Assembly: GCA_039683575.1 (NCBI GenBank)
Contig: JBDKRC010000113.1
Span: forward strand, 1-54,498
Length of the DNA stretch: 54,498 nt
Reading direction: 5' to 3'
DNA from: Armatimonadia bacterium
Lineage (GTDB): Bacteria; Armatimonadota; Zipacnadia; Zipacnadales; UBA11051
In this document: positions 44,598 through 54,498 of the stretch, piece by piece
Position numbering within the stretch: the stretch's first letter is position 1
Layout: the number at the start of each line of letters is the position of its first letter
Made by a program: the position numbers and the translations under genes
The notes under the pieces: model-generated
The model's database searches: none
What the model saw: only the letters and a program-made list of their open reading frames with translations
Told to the model about the DNA's origin: nothing

Positions 44598-47500
44598 TTA
44601 GGGCACCGGAATGGCGCGCAGGGGCCGCTCAGGTGCAAGGCTGCCGAATTCGGGCGCAACTACGGCCGTGTAGATGTCAGACGAGGGATGCACGGGCGCG
44701 TCGTAGGGACCGGTCGCACGGGTTCCTGCGGGGTTCTCCACCAGCCTCATGTCCCACACGCCGCGGGGACTGGCCCAGAAGAGCCAGTAACGCACCGCGG
44801 GGACCAGCACAGCGGGATCAGCCGGATCGGTTGCGGGCACGTTGAACTGCTCGGGCACCGCCACCAGGGAACCCTCGCCGACCACGGTGTCCACCGGAAC
44901 CACCATCTCGCGGCTCCAGCCGATGACCTGGTGCCGCTCACTATAGGCCCGCCCATCGGCCGAGGTGTAGTTGATCGTCAGGTAACGGTCGATATCAGCG
45001 GGGTCTGCGGTCAGAATGCCCGCGTTGTTGGCGGTGACGTAATCCGCCGTGCTGCCGGTGACCGAGTCCCAACTCGCTACCGGGGGCCGTCCCACCTGCA
45101 CCGAGGTTGAGTAGGCCTTGTACATGAATGCCGGCCGACCGAAGTGGGGGGCTTCGCTGGTCGGATAACTCCGGCGCCAGAAGACCACGAGGCGCTGGGT
45201 TATGTCTCCATCCCACGAGGCCGAGGGGCAATCATCCTGCGCGCCGCTGCGGGTTACTCGATAGACGTAGGGGTAGTAATTGACACAGAGTACGACATTG
45301 CGCAGGGTCTCCAGCCCGTCGCGGGCAGCGTCATCGCCGAAGACTGTCCGGGGGTTGCCGGGCGTGTCCTCATCGAACAAGGGCGAGCCAAACTGGACTG
45401 TGCCAGCCACCGGGTTTATGTCCATCATCAGCCGACGGGTTGCCGGACCGTTGGGGTCGCGCAGGTAGAAGATGCCGTCGCCGTCGTCGTCTACGATGTA
45501 ACCGGCCGGCAACGTCGCGCCGCCAATGCCACGCAGCAGAGGCGCGACCCGGTAGAACCCGCGGTTGCGGTAGTCGGCGACTGCGCGGTCACGCTCCGCT
45601 GCGGGCAGGTCCCAGATTACGTCGAATCGGCGTACCGAGCCATCGGAGAAGCGCAGCCGCAACTCGAAGGTCGGGCTGAAGCCGTCGAAAGAGGCGCTCA
45701 GTCGGTCGCTCAGGTAGGCGAACTGCTGCCCTACCTGCCAGTCGAGATGGCGGCTTCCGAATAGCTGGTGGTAGCCGTCGGTCGCCATCTCTTCGCTGTC
45801 GGAGATGCGCATGAAGGGCAGCTTGCTCAGCGGGCTGGTATTCGTGGTCGCGATCGGGTCAGCCGGAATGCGGTACTGGGTCCAGCAGATGTCCGCCTGC
45901 CCCTCATGGGTGACAAACCCTGAGAAGAAGACGTGGGCGGTGTTGCCTGTGGCGAACACTGATACGTCCTTGGTTGAGGTGAAGGGCCCGGACTTGGGCC
46001 GGCGGATCGTTACGTTGGTGCCATCTGGCAACACCGCCGTGGCCAAGTCAGTGGTGCCCGCCCCTATGGCGCTCGAGACTGGCAGCAGGGCCTGGTTGTT
46101 GTTAGGCGTACCAGTGAAGTCCCAGCGATAGTTGAGCTGCTCGCGCCCCGGGGTTCCGGCGTGCCAGAAGAGCCAGGCCCCATTGGTCCGAGCAAAGCCG
46201 CGGAGGCCCTGCTTCATCAGGCCGGTGTCATACACGAAGTTTGCAGCGGGCACGGCAGGCCAAGTCCAGGTGTCCGCGGCCACGGAATTGAACACGAGGC
46301 GCGAGTCGACGCCGCCGGCATGGCGCTGTTGACGCTGCCAGAACGCCCACTTCGTCGCCCCGGTAACGTCATACATGACCCACGGCGCGCCGTTGACTAC
46401 TGTGCCGGAGTCTGCGGTCATCAATTCCGGCAGGTCGAGGATGCCGCTGACCGGGTCGGCGGGCCAGACGTAGCGGCGGAAGAGGGGATCATCAGCGACG
46501 TCAATGTAGCCCCGCGGGGTGGCGTAGACGAGATTGGACGCAGCAGTGGGGCTGGGGATGTGTCCCTGATTGGTCCCGACCGCTCCCGAGGGGGCCACAG
46601 CAGAGGTGGCCAGGCGGTTAGTGGACCATAGGACCTGCATTCGTCCGGGCTGCGGACTCGGCAGCACCACGGGGTCGCTGTCGCGCGAGTAGTAGTCATT
46701 CTGCGGCAGCCTGGCCTCGAAGACCCGCGACTGCCCGCGCAGGACGCCCGTAAGCGGCTCGCGAGCCAAGTCTATGGCCGGGTTATACTGGCGCGCGGCG
46801 GTGGTGGTGTCAACCCAGGCCGAGCCATCCCAGTAGCTGAAGTCAAAGGCGCCGTTCGCGATGGCGTCAACATACTGCAACTGTGACCCCAGATAGGTAC
46901 CTACCGGCTGCCCCAGCGGCACCGGCTTCGGGGTCCCGCGGCCTACGTAGCTCCCAGCGCTGACGTACCCGTAGGCCTCATTCCCGGCTGCGGAGCCGGG
47001 CTCAGTGGCCAGGGTATTCCAGGCTGCTGCGGTGTTCATCGCGTTCTCGTAGATCAGGCCGAGGTCGCCCTCAGTGCGCGGCACGAAGGTATCCCGCGTA
47101 AGGGGACCGCTGCCCGCCTTGCGAGCATACGACGATGTCGGGTCAACGTCTACCCGCAAGTAATGATCCAGCGCGCGATCAGCTATCGCAGCGTCATCGA
47201 GGTCATATACATTCGCCAGCCGCAGCGGTGTCTGCACGTTGCCTTCATTGCGCAGCAGCACCTTGGCTTCGGTAGCGCGGTATGGCGACCGGGGCACAAG
47301 CGACACGTCGGAGGGGAAGGCCCGGTGGTTCGTCAGGACACCCGTGTTCAGGTCTGGTTGCCTGCTCGGCACACCCGGCGTGACACGCCCTACCGGCACA
47401 TCCTCCGTCGTCTGCGTCAGTTCACCCTTGCGGGCCACCGAGACCTGCAGGTCGAAGGGGTCATATTCCTCGGCGACGAGGTGCTCATCGCGCACCGCGA

Positions 47501-50435
47501 GGTTGTAGGGTATCTGGTCGGTACCGGCGACGGTGTGGCCGTCGAAGGGGCAGTTACTGGGATTGTTGCGGAATTCGGAGCCACAGACCGCACAGTAGAA
47601 GTGCCTGCCCTCTGCAGGAGTGCTTCCAGCAGGGGCGGAGGCAGCAAACACGACGCTGCCATTCACCAGGAACGGCCATTCGCCCGCCCGCGGCTGGAAG
47701 TACCCGTTGTCGGGGTTCTTGTAGAAAACGTCCCAGCCATCGGTCATTGGCGAGTTGGCGTTGGGGGCATCGATATTGTGGTACAGCACCTGCCCGCCGC
47801 GGTAGCCCTGGTCGAGGCCGAAGTTGTTGACCACGCCAGTTCCCGGCACGGATGGCGGCTGATAGCGGGGGATCGAGACCGAGAGTTGCTCGGGCTGTGC
47901 AGTGGCATGGTTGCTGGCATAGCCAACACCGACGCCGCTGCCGACTACCGCTTGCCCCGGCAGCACGTGGCGCTTGTCGGGAAGCGAAGCCTGTCGCTCG
48001 TCATGCCCGGTAGCCGTAATCGCCCGCCAAGTATCCTCCCTGGCTGTGAAGCCGCCGCCGCCAACCGGCGAGCTCACTCGCGTCGCGGATCCGGTTACGG
48101 ACCTTACCACGGCACTGGGTGCCTGGCCTGTCCCGGCAGGGCGCGTCTGCCAGGTTATGCCAGCGTTCAGCGGAGCTTTGGGCTTCTGAGTGCGATAGGC
48201 GTCCTGGGAGGCCGTACTCGCGGCAAGCGTCCAACGACTGCCTTTGTAGTATAGGACATGGCCCGAATCCAGAACGTAGACCGGCTGGGCGTTGAAGGTC
48301 CCTTCCTGATAGTACCTCCCGTTGTAGTCGCCGGATCCTGCGCCGGTGACGGTCACAAACGCCGGATTCATGTGATAGGGGCACTGGCCATTGGAGGGAA
48401 GGTCCGTCTGCTGCAGGCCCTGGGGCAGCGCCTCCGAGGCCAGCGGGTAGATATGGTCGGCCCAGAGTCCGCCGCAGTTGGTGCAGACCTGCGTCTCGGC
48501 CAGGCCGTCCCAACGGTTCACAACGTCGAGCGGCCGTTGAGGAGTGGTTCCACCGGGGGCAAAGCTCCCCCTGACAAGTCCTAATCCCAGCCAGCCAATG
48601 AAGGCCTTGGGATATGCGGCGTCCAGGTTGTTAGCTTCAGCCGCCTCATCGCCAGTGCCGTCCGCGTTTCGGTCCCAGCTGTCCCCGCTCGGGAGCACGT
48701 CGGGCTTGGTGCACATGAAGCGCGCCGCCATCATACGCACGTACGGCGAAGCGGCGGTGTAGTTGTTTACCTGGGTGGACATGATCTCGGCGTTTGTTAC
48801 GTTCTCGCCGGTGTCATATTGCCATTCAGCATAGGGGGTGTCACGAACGGCCTCCGTAGTGTCACCCACATGGGCGGGAGCGCGGAGGGTGAAGACGGTC
48901 CCCGCCGGGGCCGCGACAGTCGGGGCCGGGTCCCACTCAGCGTCGTCTGGCAGGTCGCCAGCCCACTGCACGGCGATTGGACCCATGCCCGTGGTATTGG
49001 GTGGCAGCACATAGCCCTGCGGGGTGCCGGCAGCACCCTCGATATCGGTCTCGGTGGTGATAGTGGGTCCGGTTCCGGAAGTGGCCGCGAATGAAGGGGT
49101 CTTGACGGCATCCGTAGCTGGCCCAAACTGATCATTGGTCGTGGGGTCGTCCTCTGCCAGCCTGAACCCGCTGTCTCCGTACTGCACACCGTCCAGCCCA
49201 CGGAACTGAGGAAAGTCGTTGTCGTCCACTGCGGCCATGTCCTGCCAGCCGGGGATCATCCGGCAGTTGGAGCGAGTCATGAAGCCCATTGTCCATGTAT
49301 TCCACCCGCCGGCAGGGGAGGCCGCGCCTGAGAATGGCGTGTGGAACCGCAACCGCACGGCGCCGCTGGGGACTACCACGTCAAAGGACTCGACGTCGGC
49401 CTCACCCGCGTCCACGATGTTGTTGCCATTGGCGTCATCCCATGCAGGCGCAACTACCAGTTCGGCCTTTGCTCCGGACACCAGTTGGCCCTGCCAGCCG
49501 TACATCACGCTATAGACTTCGACCGCCGCGCGTCGCGCCTCAATTACCCCGCCCCCCATGTCCACTGCTTCTTCCCGATAGCGCACCCACCAGTAGTCGC
49601 CGTCGTCCACGCGATACGGGTTCAGCCCCACTTCAAGGAAGTTGGGCAGATCGGCAGCCGTGATGTCCTGAGCATTTCCCGCTCGATCCAGCAGTTGGAG
49701 CCACGAATCGTCGGCCAGGTCAAGTGCCTGCTCGTTGACGGTGGTGGCGGGATCATCAGTTGCGGTCGTGGCGGCATCGGTTGCATCGTACGGGCGCACC
49801 TGTGCCATGGGCCGTCGGTTCGGCAGGCCGTTATCCTGTCCGGTGGGGTCGTTGGACTGCGCTTCACGCCGCAGAGGCGTTGGGGGGATAACCATGAACC
49901 GCAGATGCATGCCTGCCGTGATGGGGCTGCCGGTGCTGACGAGATTCGCCGCTTGCGCATACAGCCGGGAGCGCCGCTGATTGTGGTTCGTAACGGTGTC
50001 CAGATCGAAGGGCTTGAAGGGCCGTCCAAGTACGGCCCGCGGGTGCAAGACGCCGCCTATGTCAACGATGTTCAGGTCAAACTTGTCGGCGGGCATGTCC
50101 TGGCCCGTGATTGACAACAGCCGATGCCGCAACGTAGAGCTCAAGTCAAGCAGGGCGACCGTCGGGTGACCGGAGACGTTCCAGGGATTGGGGCAGTTGC
50201 CGCCTACGGCGCGCGAAAACGAGCAGAAGGGGCAGACCCACCGGGCCTTGATGTTGCTTTGGAGGTACTGATAGCTGGCAGTACTCGTGCCCGTGCCGTC
50301 AGTGCATGTGGGATCATCGGGGTTCCCGGTCTGACTCAGGAACGTCCGCACCTCCCACTCCTGCCCCCAGGCCGCCGCCGTGGCAGCCATAAGGGCAATC
50401 AGGATGAGACCGCTGGGTATGATGTTACGATGCAT
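44598..50435 (-). CDS. Giant secreted protein (~1950 aa) with three CxxC...CP motifs and Ca-binding-like Asp motifs
   Basis: Signal peptide (GLILIALMAATAAAWG); CPFC, CTNC, CAVC motifs; DANGNNIVD, DDDGDG; start may be 50474. Confidence 0.8.
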   Translation of the reverse strand: MHRNIIPSGLILIALMAATAAAWGQEWEVRTFLSQTGNPDDPTCTDGTGTSTASYQYLQSNIKARWVCPFCSFSRAVGGNCPNPWNVSGHPTVALLDLSSTLRHRLLSITGQDMPADKFDLNIVDIGGVLHPRAVLGRPFKPFDLDTVTNHNQRRSRLYAQAANLVSTGSPITAGMHLRFMVIPPTPLRREAQSNDPTGQDNGLPNRRPMAQVRPYDATDAATTATDDPATTVNEQALDLADDSWLQLLDRAGNAQDITAADLPNFLEVGLNPYRVDDGDYWWVRYREEAVDMGGGVIEARRAAVEVYSVMYGWQGQLVSGAKAELVVAPAWDDANGNNIVDAGEADVESFDVVVPSGAVRLRFHTPFSGAASPAGGWNTWTMGFMTRSNCRMIPGWQDMAAVDDNDFPQFRGLDGVQYGDSGFRLAEDDPTTNDQFGPATDAVKTPSFAATSGTGPTITTETDIEGAAGTPQGYVLPPNTTGMGPIAVQWAGDLPDDAEWDPAPTVAAPAGTVFTLRAPAHVGDTTEAVRDTPYAEWQYDTGENVTNAEIMSTQVNNYTAASPYVRMMAARFMCTKPDVLPSGDSWDRNADGTGDEAAEANNLDAAYPKAFIGWLGLGLVRGSFAPGGTTPQRPLDVVNRWDGLAETQVCTNCGGLWADHIYPLASEALPQGLQQTDLPSNGQCPYHMNPAFVTVTGAGSGDYNGRYYQEGTFNAQPVYVLDSGHVLYYKGSRWTLAASTASQDAYRTQKPKAPLNAGITWQTRPAGTGQAPSAVVRSVTGSATRVSSPVGGGGFTAREDTWRAITATGHDERQASLPDKRHVLPGQAVVGSGVGVGYASNHATAQPEQLSVSIPRYQPPSVPGTGVVNNFGLDQGYRGGQVLYHNIDAPNANSPMTDGWDVFYKNPDNGYFQPRAGEWPFLVNGSVVFAASAPAGSTPAEGRHFYCAVCGSEFRNNPSNCPFDGHTVAGTDQIPYNLAVRDEHLVAEEYDPFDLQVSVARKGELTQTTEDVPVGRVTPGVPSRQPDLNTGVLTNHRAFPSDVSLVPRSPYRATEAKVLLRNEGNVQTPLRLANVYDLDDAAIADRALDHYLRVDVDPTSSYARKAGSGPLTRDTFVPRTEGDLGLIYENAMNTAAAWNTLATEPGSAAGNEAYGYVSAGSYVGRGTPKPVPLGQPVGTYLGSQLQYVDAIANGAFDFSYWDGSAWVDTTTAARQYNPAIDLAREPLTGVLRGQSRVFEARLPQNDYYSRDSDPVVLPSPQPGRMQVLWSTNRLATSAVAPSGAVGTNQGHIPSPTAASNLVYATPRGYIDVADDPLFRRYVWPADPVSGILDLPELMTADSGTVVNGAPWVMYDVTGATKWAFWQRQQRHAGGVDSRLVFNSVAADTWTWPAVPAANFVYDTGLMKQGLRGFARTNGAWLFWHAGTPGREQLNYRWDFTGTPNNNQALLPVSSAIGAGTTDLATAVLPDGTNVTIRRPKSGPFTSTKDVSVFATGNTAHVFFSGFVTHEGQADICWTQYRIPADPIATTNTSPLSKLPFMRISDSEEMATDGYHQLFGSRHLDWQVGQQFAYLSDRLSASFDGFSPTFELRLRFSDGSVRRFDVIWDLPAAERDRAVADYRNRGFYRVAPLLRGIGGATLPAGYIVDDDGDGIFYLRDPNGPATRRLMMDINPVAGTVQFGSPLFDEDTPGNPRTVFGDDAARDGLETLRNVVLCVNYYPYVYRVTRSGAQDDCPSASWDGDITQRLVVFWRRSYPTSEAPHFGRPAFMYKAYSTSVQVGRPPVASWDSVTGSTADYVTANNAGILTADPADIDRYLTINYTSADGRAYSERHQVIGWSREMVVPVDTVVGEGSLVAVPEQFNVPATDPADPAVLVPAVRYWLFWASPRGVWDMRLVENPAGTRATGPYDAPVHPSSDIYTAVVAPEFGSLAPERPLRAIPVP

Positions 50436-50551
50436 ATGTACTCGCACCCCTTGCAGGGAACGTCTCGCTGTCATTATCTTACGGCTCCTGCGCGGGAGTG
50501 GGTTTTAGGCGAACCCACCTGCGCGTCTGTGCCTACCGTCGACAAGTGTGC

Positions 50552-53500
50552 CTACCGCCGGTCGGCGTAGGCCGGCTGGTTGATCGGGTCCGGCCAGTCC
50601 GGCTCGTGCGGATCGGGAATGACCTCGCGCCGGTCGAGAGCATGGAGATCATTCTCGGGGGCATCATCGTTGTTGTCGTCGCTGCTTACCACGAACACGC
50701 TGCTGAACAGCGAAGCGGGGGACGACTTGTCCACCACGTTGTCCCGCGTCAGGTTCTGGATGATCTCGGCGTAGTTGGCCACAAGGTGACGCACCTGCCG
50801 CTGGCCCCCCACCGGTCGCCTGTCCACAGGCAAGCGGATCGCGGATACGGGGTTCCAAGCCATGTCGAGCCAGTGGGCCGGATCGTCGTCATCGTCGGCC
50901 GCGCCAGCATCATCGTAGTGGATGTTGGTCAAGCCTCGGCGGTGATCGTTGTCAAGATTGTACGGATCCCAGTAAGTGTAGTTCCGGCGCGTGAACCACC
51001 ACGTCGGATCATCTGCCGTTACGGCAGGCCCACCGGCTATGTCCGTCGGAGCCACACGGTTCCAGACGCCACCGGTGCTTCTGATCTCAAACTCGAAGAT
51101 ACCGGCGCCCTGCTCGCCCAGGAAGTGCGTCGGCTGTCCTGCGCGCATCGCGGCGAGGCGCCCGCCGTACTGCCCGCAGGTCACAGTCAGGTACATTGAG
51201 GTACCATCCCGCAGCACTTGTCCATCCCGCAGCACGCATCCCTCCCCCAGCAGTTGCACGTCGCGGATGTTGCGGAAGACCAGGGGATCGTTGGCGCGGT
51301 AGTTCGCGCCGCCGATGTCATAGTCGTAGAGCCAGGCCAGCCACTGCCAGGTCGATCCTGCCGGGCCGCATGGTGGCGTGGAGCCATAGGGCGGGTTAAC
51401 ACGGATCGTGGCCGCGGGGTTGCTCTGCCGCTCGACTATCATGACCTGGTGGAGGTTGGCGGCCACGCAGAGGTAGCCGATTACCTCGTTCGTAGACGGG
51501 TCGAAGATGGGCTGGGCCTTGGTATAGGCAATCTTGACCATGCCCTCGGTCAGCCGAATTCTGGAGGGCGTGAGCACGTTCACGGTATGCGCCTGCACAC
51601 CGAGGGCGTTCACCGTCGTCACCAGGTCCACTACGCGGTTGTTGCCGGGATCGGCGATGACTGTGTGAGTCTCCGTCCCCGGCAGCATGTTGCCATTGGT
51701 TGACGTGTATGTGTTGCCGCCCGCCACCGTCACGTAATACCGGAAGCAGTCGGACGGCCGGTCGAGGCTCAGGTTGGTGTTCAGAGCTGGATCACTGGTG
51801 TAGTAATCATAGCCATTGGCATCCAGCGGCCACACCTGACGGCCGTGCCGGTCGATCTCGATGACGCGGTTGTTGCCGCTGTCGGCGACAAGGATATTGC
51901 CATTGGCCAGGTAGATCGCTTTGGCGGGGCGGCTGAAGGGCGTCGGCTTCTGATCCTGCGCCCAGCTTGCCATCGGGTCGTTCAGCGTCTCATGGTAGTG
52001 CGCAGCGGTACTGCCCACACATACCCACGTCGGCTTCTGCCCTGTAACCTCGACCAGGCGGGTGTTATCGCAAATCAACGTACGCTCGGGCTTGAGGCGG
52101 CTCACGAAGCCCACATCCTCGCCCTGGTACTGGTCGGCAGGGGCGGCGACGACACTTAGTCCTGCCATCATCCGCGAGCCGACCACTATCCCATCAGCAT
52201 CCACAGCCGCGGTGGCCGAGGTGACGGGCGTACCCAACGCCGCATAGGAGAGCGCTTCCGGCAGCACCGTCTGCGCGAGGCTTCCTCGCACTACGCGAGT
52301 GATCGGGTCGATGAGGACCGACAGGAAGCTCTTACGCAGGCCGTTGAAGGTGACCAGCGGCCCCTCCGTGCCCTGGGTGGGCACAACGTCGGGGTTCCAT
52401 AGCGCCACGCCACGCTCGCCTGTCGGCAGGTAGCCCTCAGTGCCGACATGCACCACATTGCCGGCGACTACAGGGCCGCCATTGGGGACGCCGAAGTTGA
52501 CGGGGACCTGATGGCGCTCATGGGCAGTCACCGGGCGGTAATACCAGGTGCCGGCGCCGGCGTCGTAGTACAGATCTGCGTAGTCGTAGGTGACAATGAT
52601 CTCACTGCCCGGCGGCAGGAACTCGCCGCTGGGGAGGCGGAGGTAGCGAACGTCGAGCACGCCGCGTATCAGGTACCCGCCGGTCCACGAGGCCACGGGC
52701 TCGAGGCCCGTCATCTGCTCGTTGCGGGTGGCTTCGTCGGTGTAGGTAAGGGTGTCAAAGGGCGCCACGTATGGGGGGCGTGTCAGGACAATGCCATTGG
52801 GCAGGTTGAAGCTGACGCTGCCGGCCCGCACCATGCCATGGTTGAGCTTGATGTACCGCGGGGTGTACTGCGCCCGCAGGATGTCCGGCAGCACGTGCAG
52901 TTCGTCGGTCACTGCGGTGCTTGAGCCTGTGTGGGTATAGGTCACCCAGACCGGCTTGCCCCAGAGGCCACCAAGGTTGTCGAGATCACTTGCGGCGTTC
53001 ATGACCCGCCCCGCCTGATCGGGCAGGAACGTGATGGTCTTGGTGCTGGGATCGACCTTATAGGCCGTGGCCGGCACTTCGTTGATTGTGCTGGGGTCGG
53101 TCGCATCATACGCGTCGGTGTAATCGTCCACCGTCTCGACGCGAACCGTCAGGTCCTCACGCAGCCACGTATCCTCCCCGCCGCCACGAAGCTGTATCTG
53201 CAGTTGCGGCTGGCCGTTGAGCGATATGATCTGCGGCCGGACGTTGAAGCCATAGGTGGCGTCCGGAGAGAGCGTGTGCGCCATCGCCCCGTAGACGCTG
53301 TCCTTCGACCGATCCACCGCGAGGTTGCCTTTGGATAGCTGCATCCTGTTGCCCACGCCCGGCATAGCCGACCGCGCGTCATACGTCCACTTGATCGTGT
53401 CGCGGCAGTACGTGAGCATCCCGGCTCCGGACGTAACGTTGCCGGCGACCTGCCGGTACGTGAAGGTGGTGGCCGTCGGCACCGTCTCCACTGCAAAGGT

Positions 53501-54498
53501 ACCGTTGAAGGAGGTATCCGTCACGCCGGAGATGGTAACGATATCGTGGGGTCTGAGGCCATGTGCAGTGGTGGTAGTGATGGTAACAAGGTTGGCGTTA
53601 CGGACCGCTCCAGTTGCCGCCGCTGCAATCGCCCTGTTAGTCACGGAGCCATTTGCGGTGCCAGAGAAATCAGTCTGACGAGCGATTATCTGAGAGTTGC
53701 TGGCGTTACCGGCGACGGCTGCGCGGTCGTTGCGCAGCAGCACACCGTTGGGCTGGCCGGTGAGGCGGCCCTCGATGCCATCTTGTGACAAGTACTGAGT
53801 TCCCCCGCTCACTGTTGCCGCAGCCACGCGGCGCGTGGCGCTGGTTCCCGAAACCGTCGCCTGGCGCACTGGGCCACGCAGCAGGCCCTGCACCGTCAGG
53901 CTCGGAGCCGTATCGTCCCAGGCGATGGTGTCGTTGTCCCGCACCTGGTACTGCACGGGTATCGCGCAGCCCTGCGCCAACGCCAGCCAGTTGGAGTTGG
54001 CGGTCTCAGGCAGCAGGTATTCCCGGGCCTCGCCGGAGCGCAGATAGGCGTAGACGCGCCCATCCGCTGGATCTTGCCAGTCGTCGGTCACAGTGGCATC
54101 GATGGCGGCAGCGTCAGCGCGAGCAACTGCCACGGGGAATGGTCGCGTATTGAGCGGCGTCACTGCCTGCGGCAGCCATACGCGGTAGGCGCGGGCGTTC
54201 AGCAGATCTCCCAGCGGGTTGACTGCCGCGGAAGCCGAATTGCGCGGCGTCGGCACCAGCACATAGTCGGTTCCGCCCACGCCGGGGTTGATGTCAACCT
54301 CCGCGTTGGCGGGAGTGCGGTCATTCCACCAAAATGATACAGGTGTGCTGACATGCAGCAGTACGTCAAGGCCGCTGTCGGCGAACGGCCCCTCCGGCGG
54401 CGCCAGTGTGGGCTTCTGCGTCGGAAACGGCGGGAGAATGGGGCGCGTGGCAAAGGGCGCCACTCCCGCTACCCAGTATGGGTCCTGGAACGGCGGCA
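50552..54498 (-). CDS. Giant extracellular-type protein with NHL/beta-propeller repeats, 5'-truncated at window edge
   Basis: Frame open to the window end; FSRPAKAIYLANGNILVADSGNNRVIEID and VIADPGNNRVVD NHL-like repeats; Thr-rich beta module. Confidence 0.78.
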   Translation of the reverse strand, partial: PPFQDPYWVAGVAPFATRPILPPFPTQKPTLAPPEGPFADSGLDVLLHVSTPVSFWWNDRTPANAEVDINPGVGGTDYVLVPTPRNSASAAVNPLGDLLNARAYRVWLPQAVTPLNTRPFPVAVARADAAAIDATVTDDWQDPADGRVYAYLRSGEAREYLLPETANSNWLALAQGCAIPVQYQVRDNDTIAWDDTAPSLTVQGLLRGPVRQATVSGTSATRRVAAATVSGGTQYLSQDGIEGRLTGQPNGVLLRNDRAAVAGNASNSQIIARQTDFSGTANGSVTNRAIAAAATGAVRNANLVTITTTTAHGLRPHDIVTISGVTDTSFNGTFAVETVPTATTFTYRQVAGNVTSGAGMLTYCRDTIKWTYDARSAMPGVGNRMQLSKGNLAVDRSKDSVYGAMAHTLSPDATYGFNVRPQIISLNGQPQLQIQLRGGGEDTWLREDLTVRVETVDDYTDAYDATDPSTINEVPATAYKVDPSTKTITFLPDQAGRVMNAASDLDNLGGLWGKPVWVTYTHTGSSTAVTDELHVLPDILRAQYTPRYIKLNHGMVRAGSVSFNLPNGIVLTRPPYVAPFDTLTYTDEATRNEQMTGLEPVASWTGGYLIRGVLDVRYLRLPSGEFLPPGSEIIVTYDYADLYYDAGAGTWYYRPVTAHERHQVPVNFGVPNGGPVVAGNVVHVGTEGYLPTGERGVALWNPDVVPTQGTEGPLVTFNGLRKSFLSVLIDPITRVVRGSLAQTVLPEALSYAALGTPVTSATAAVDADGIVVGSRMMAGLSVVAAPADQYQGEDVGFVSRLKPERTLICDNTRLVEVTGQKPTWVCVGSTAAHYHETLNDPMASWAQDQKPTPFSRPAKAIYLANGNILVADSGNNRVIEIDRHGRQVWPLDANGYDYYTSDPALNTNLSLDRPSDCFRYYVTVAGGNTYTSTNGNMLPGTETHTVIADPGNNRVVDLVTTVNALGVQAHTVNVLTPSRIRLTEGMVKIAYTKAQPIFDPSTNEVIGYLCVAANLHQVMIVERQSNPAATIRVNPPYGSTPPCGPAGSTWQWLAWLYDYDIGGANYRANDPLVFRNIRDVQLLGEGCVLRDGQVLRDGTSMYLTVTCGQYGGRLAAMRAGQPTHFLGEQGAGIFEFEIRSTGGVWNRVAPTDIAGGPAVTADDPTWWFTRRNYTYWDPYNLDNDHRRGLTNIHYDDAGAADDDDDPAHWLDMAWNPVSAIRLPVDRRPVGGQRQVRHLVANYAEIIQNLTRDNVVDKSSPASLFSSVFVVSSDDNNDDAPENDLHALDRREVIPDPHEPDWPDPINQPAYADRR

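Noticed and set aside
51204-51235. 18-bp-period tandem duplication (VLRDGQVLRDG)
   Set aside because: In-frame micro-duplication with no evident function.

Overview
GC-rich bacterial chromosomal segment. The DUF1559/H-X9-DG prepilin-like gene and the style of the pilus cluster suggest Armatimonadota (inference). The left part holds carbohydrate, C1 and cofactor genes: a 5'-truncated hypothetical protein, GH29 fucosidase, SAM methyltransferase, HPS-RraA fusion, nucleotidyltransferase plus small partner, panE and an AcsE-like methyltransferase. A TCA/amino-acid cluster follows (mdh, two-subunit fumarase, icd, aspartate aminotransferase). The centre has a ~1300-aa STAND NTPase with a degenerate SIR2-like domain and a PQQ-type propeller, then tRNA-Ile2(CAT), rpoD and dnaG. 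The right part has secreted proteins, VIT-vWA, an ECF sigma/anti-sigma pair, a PASTA protein, aroB, a type IV pilus pilMNOP-(STN protein)-secretin cluster and two giant surface proteins. The stand-out observation is the primary sigma factor in the canonical dnaG-rpoD-tRNA-Ile2 locus. It carries a 324-aa in-frame insert between regions 1.2 and 2 built from bacterial Ig-like (Big_5/SbsA-type) repeats, arranged as C-half + 2 full domains + N-half, i.e. a circularly permuted ring closed around the sigma core. Other notable items are GTAG/GTGG REP-like palindromes (two apparently translated in frame inside a gene, one cluster truncating a kinase gene) and an anti-sigma factor ending in an STN domain near a secretin locus. 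All domain calls were made by eye from motifs; no database searches were run.
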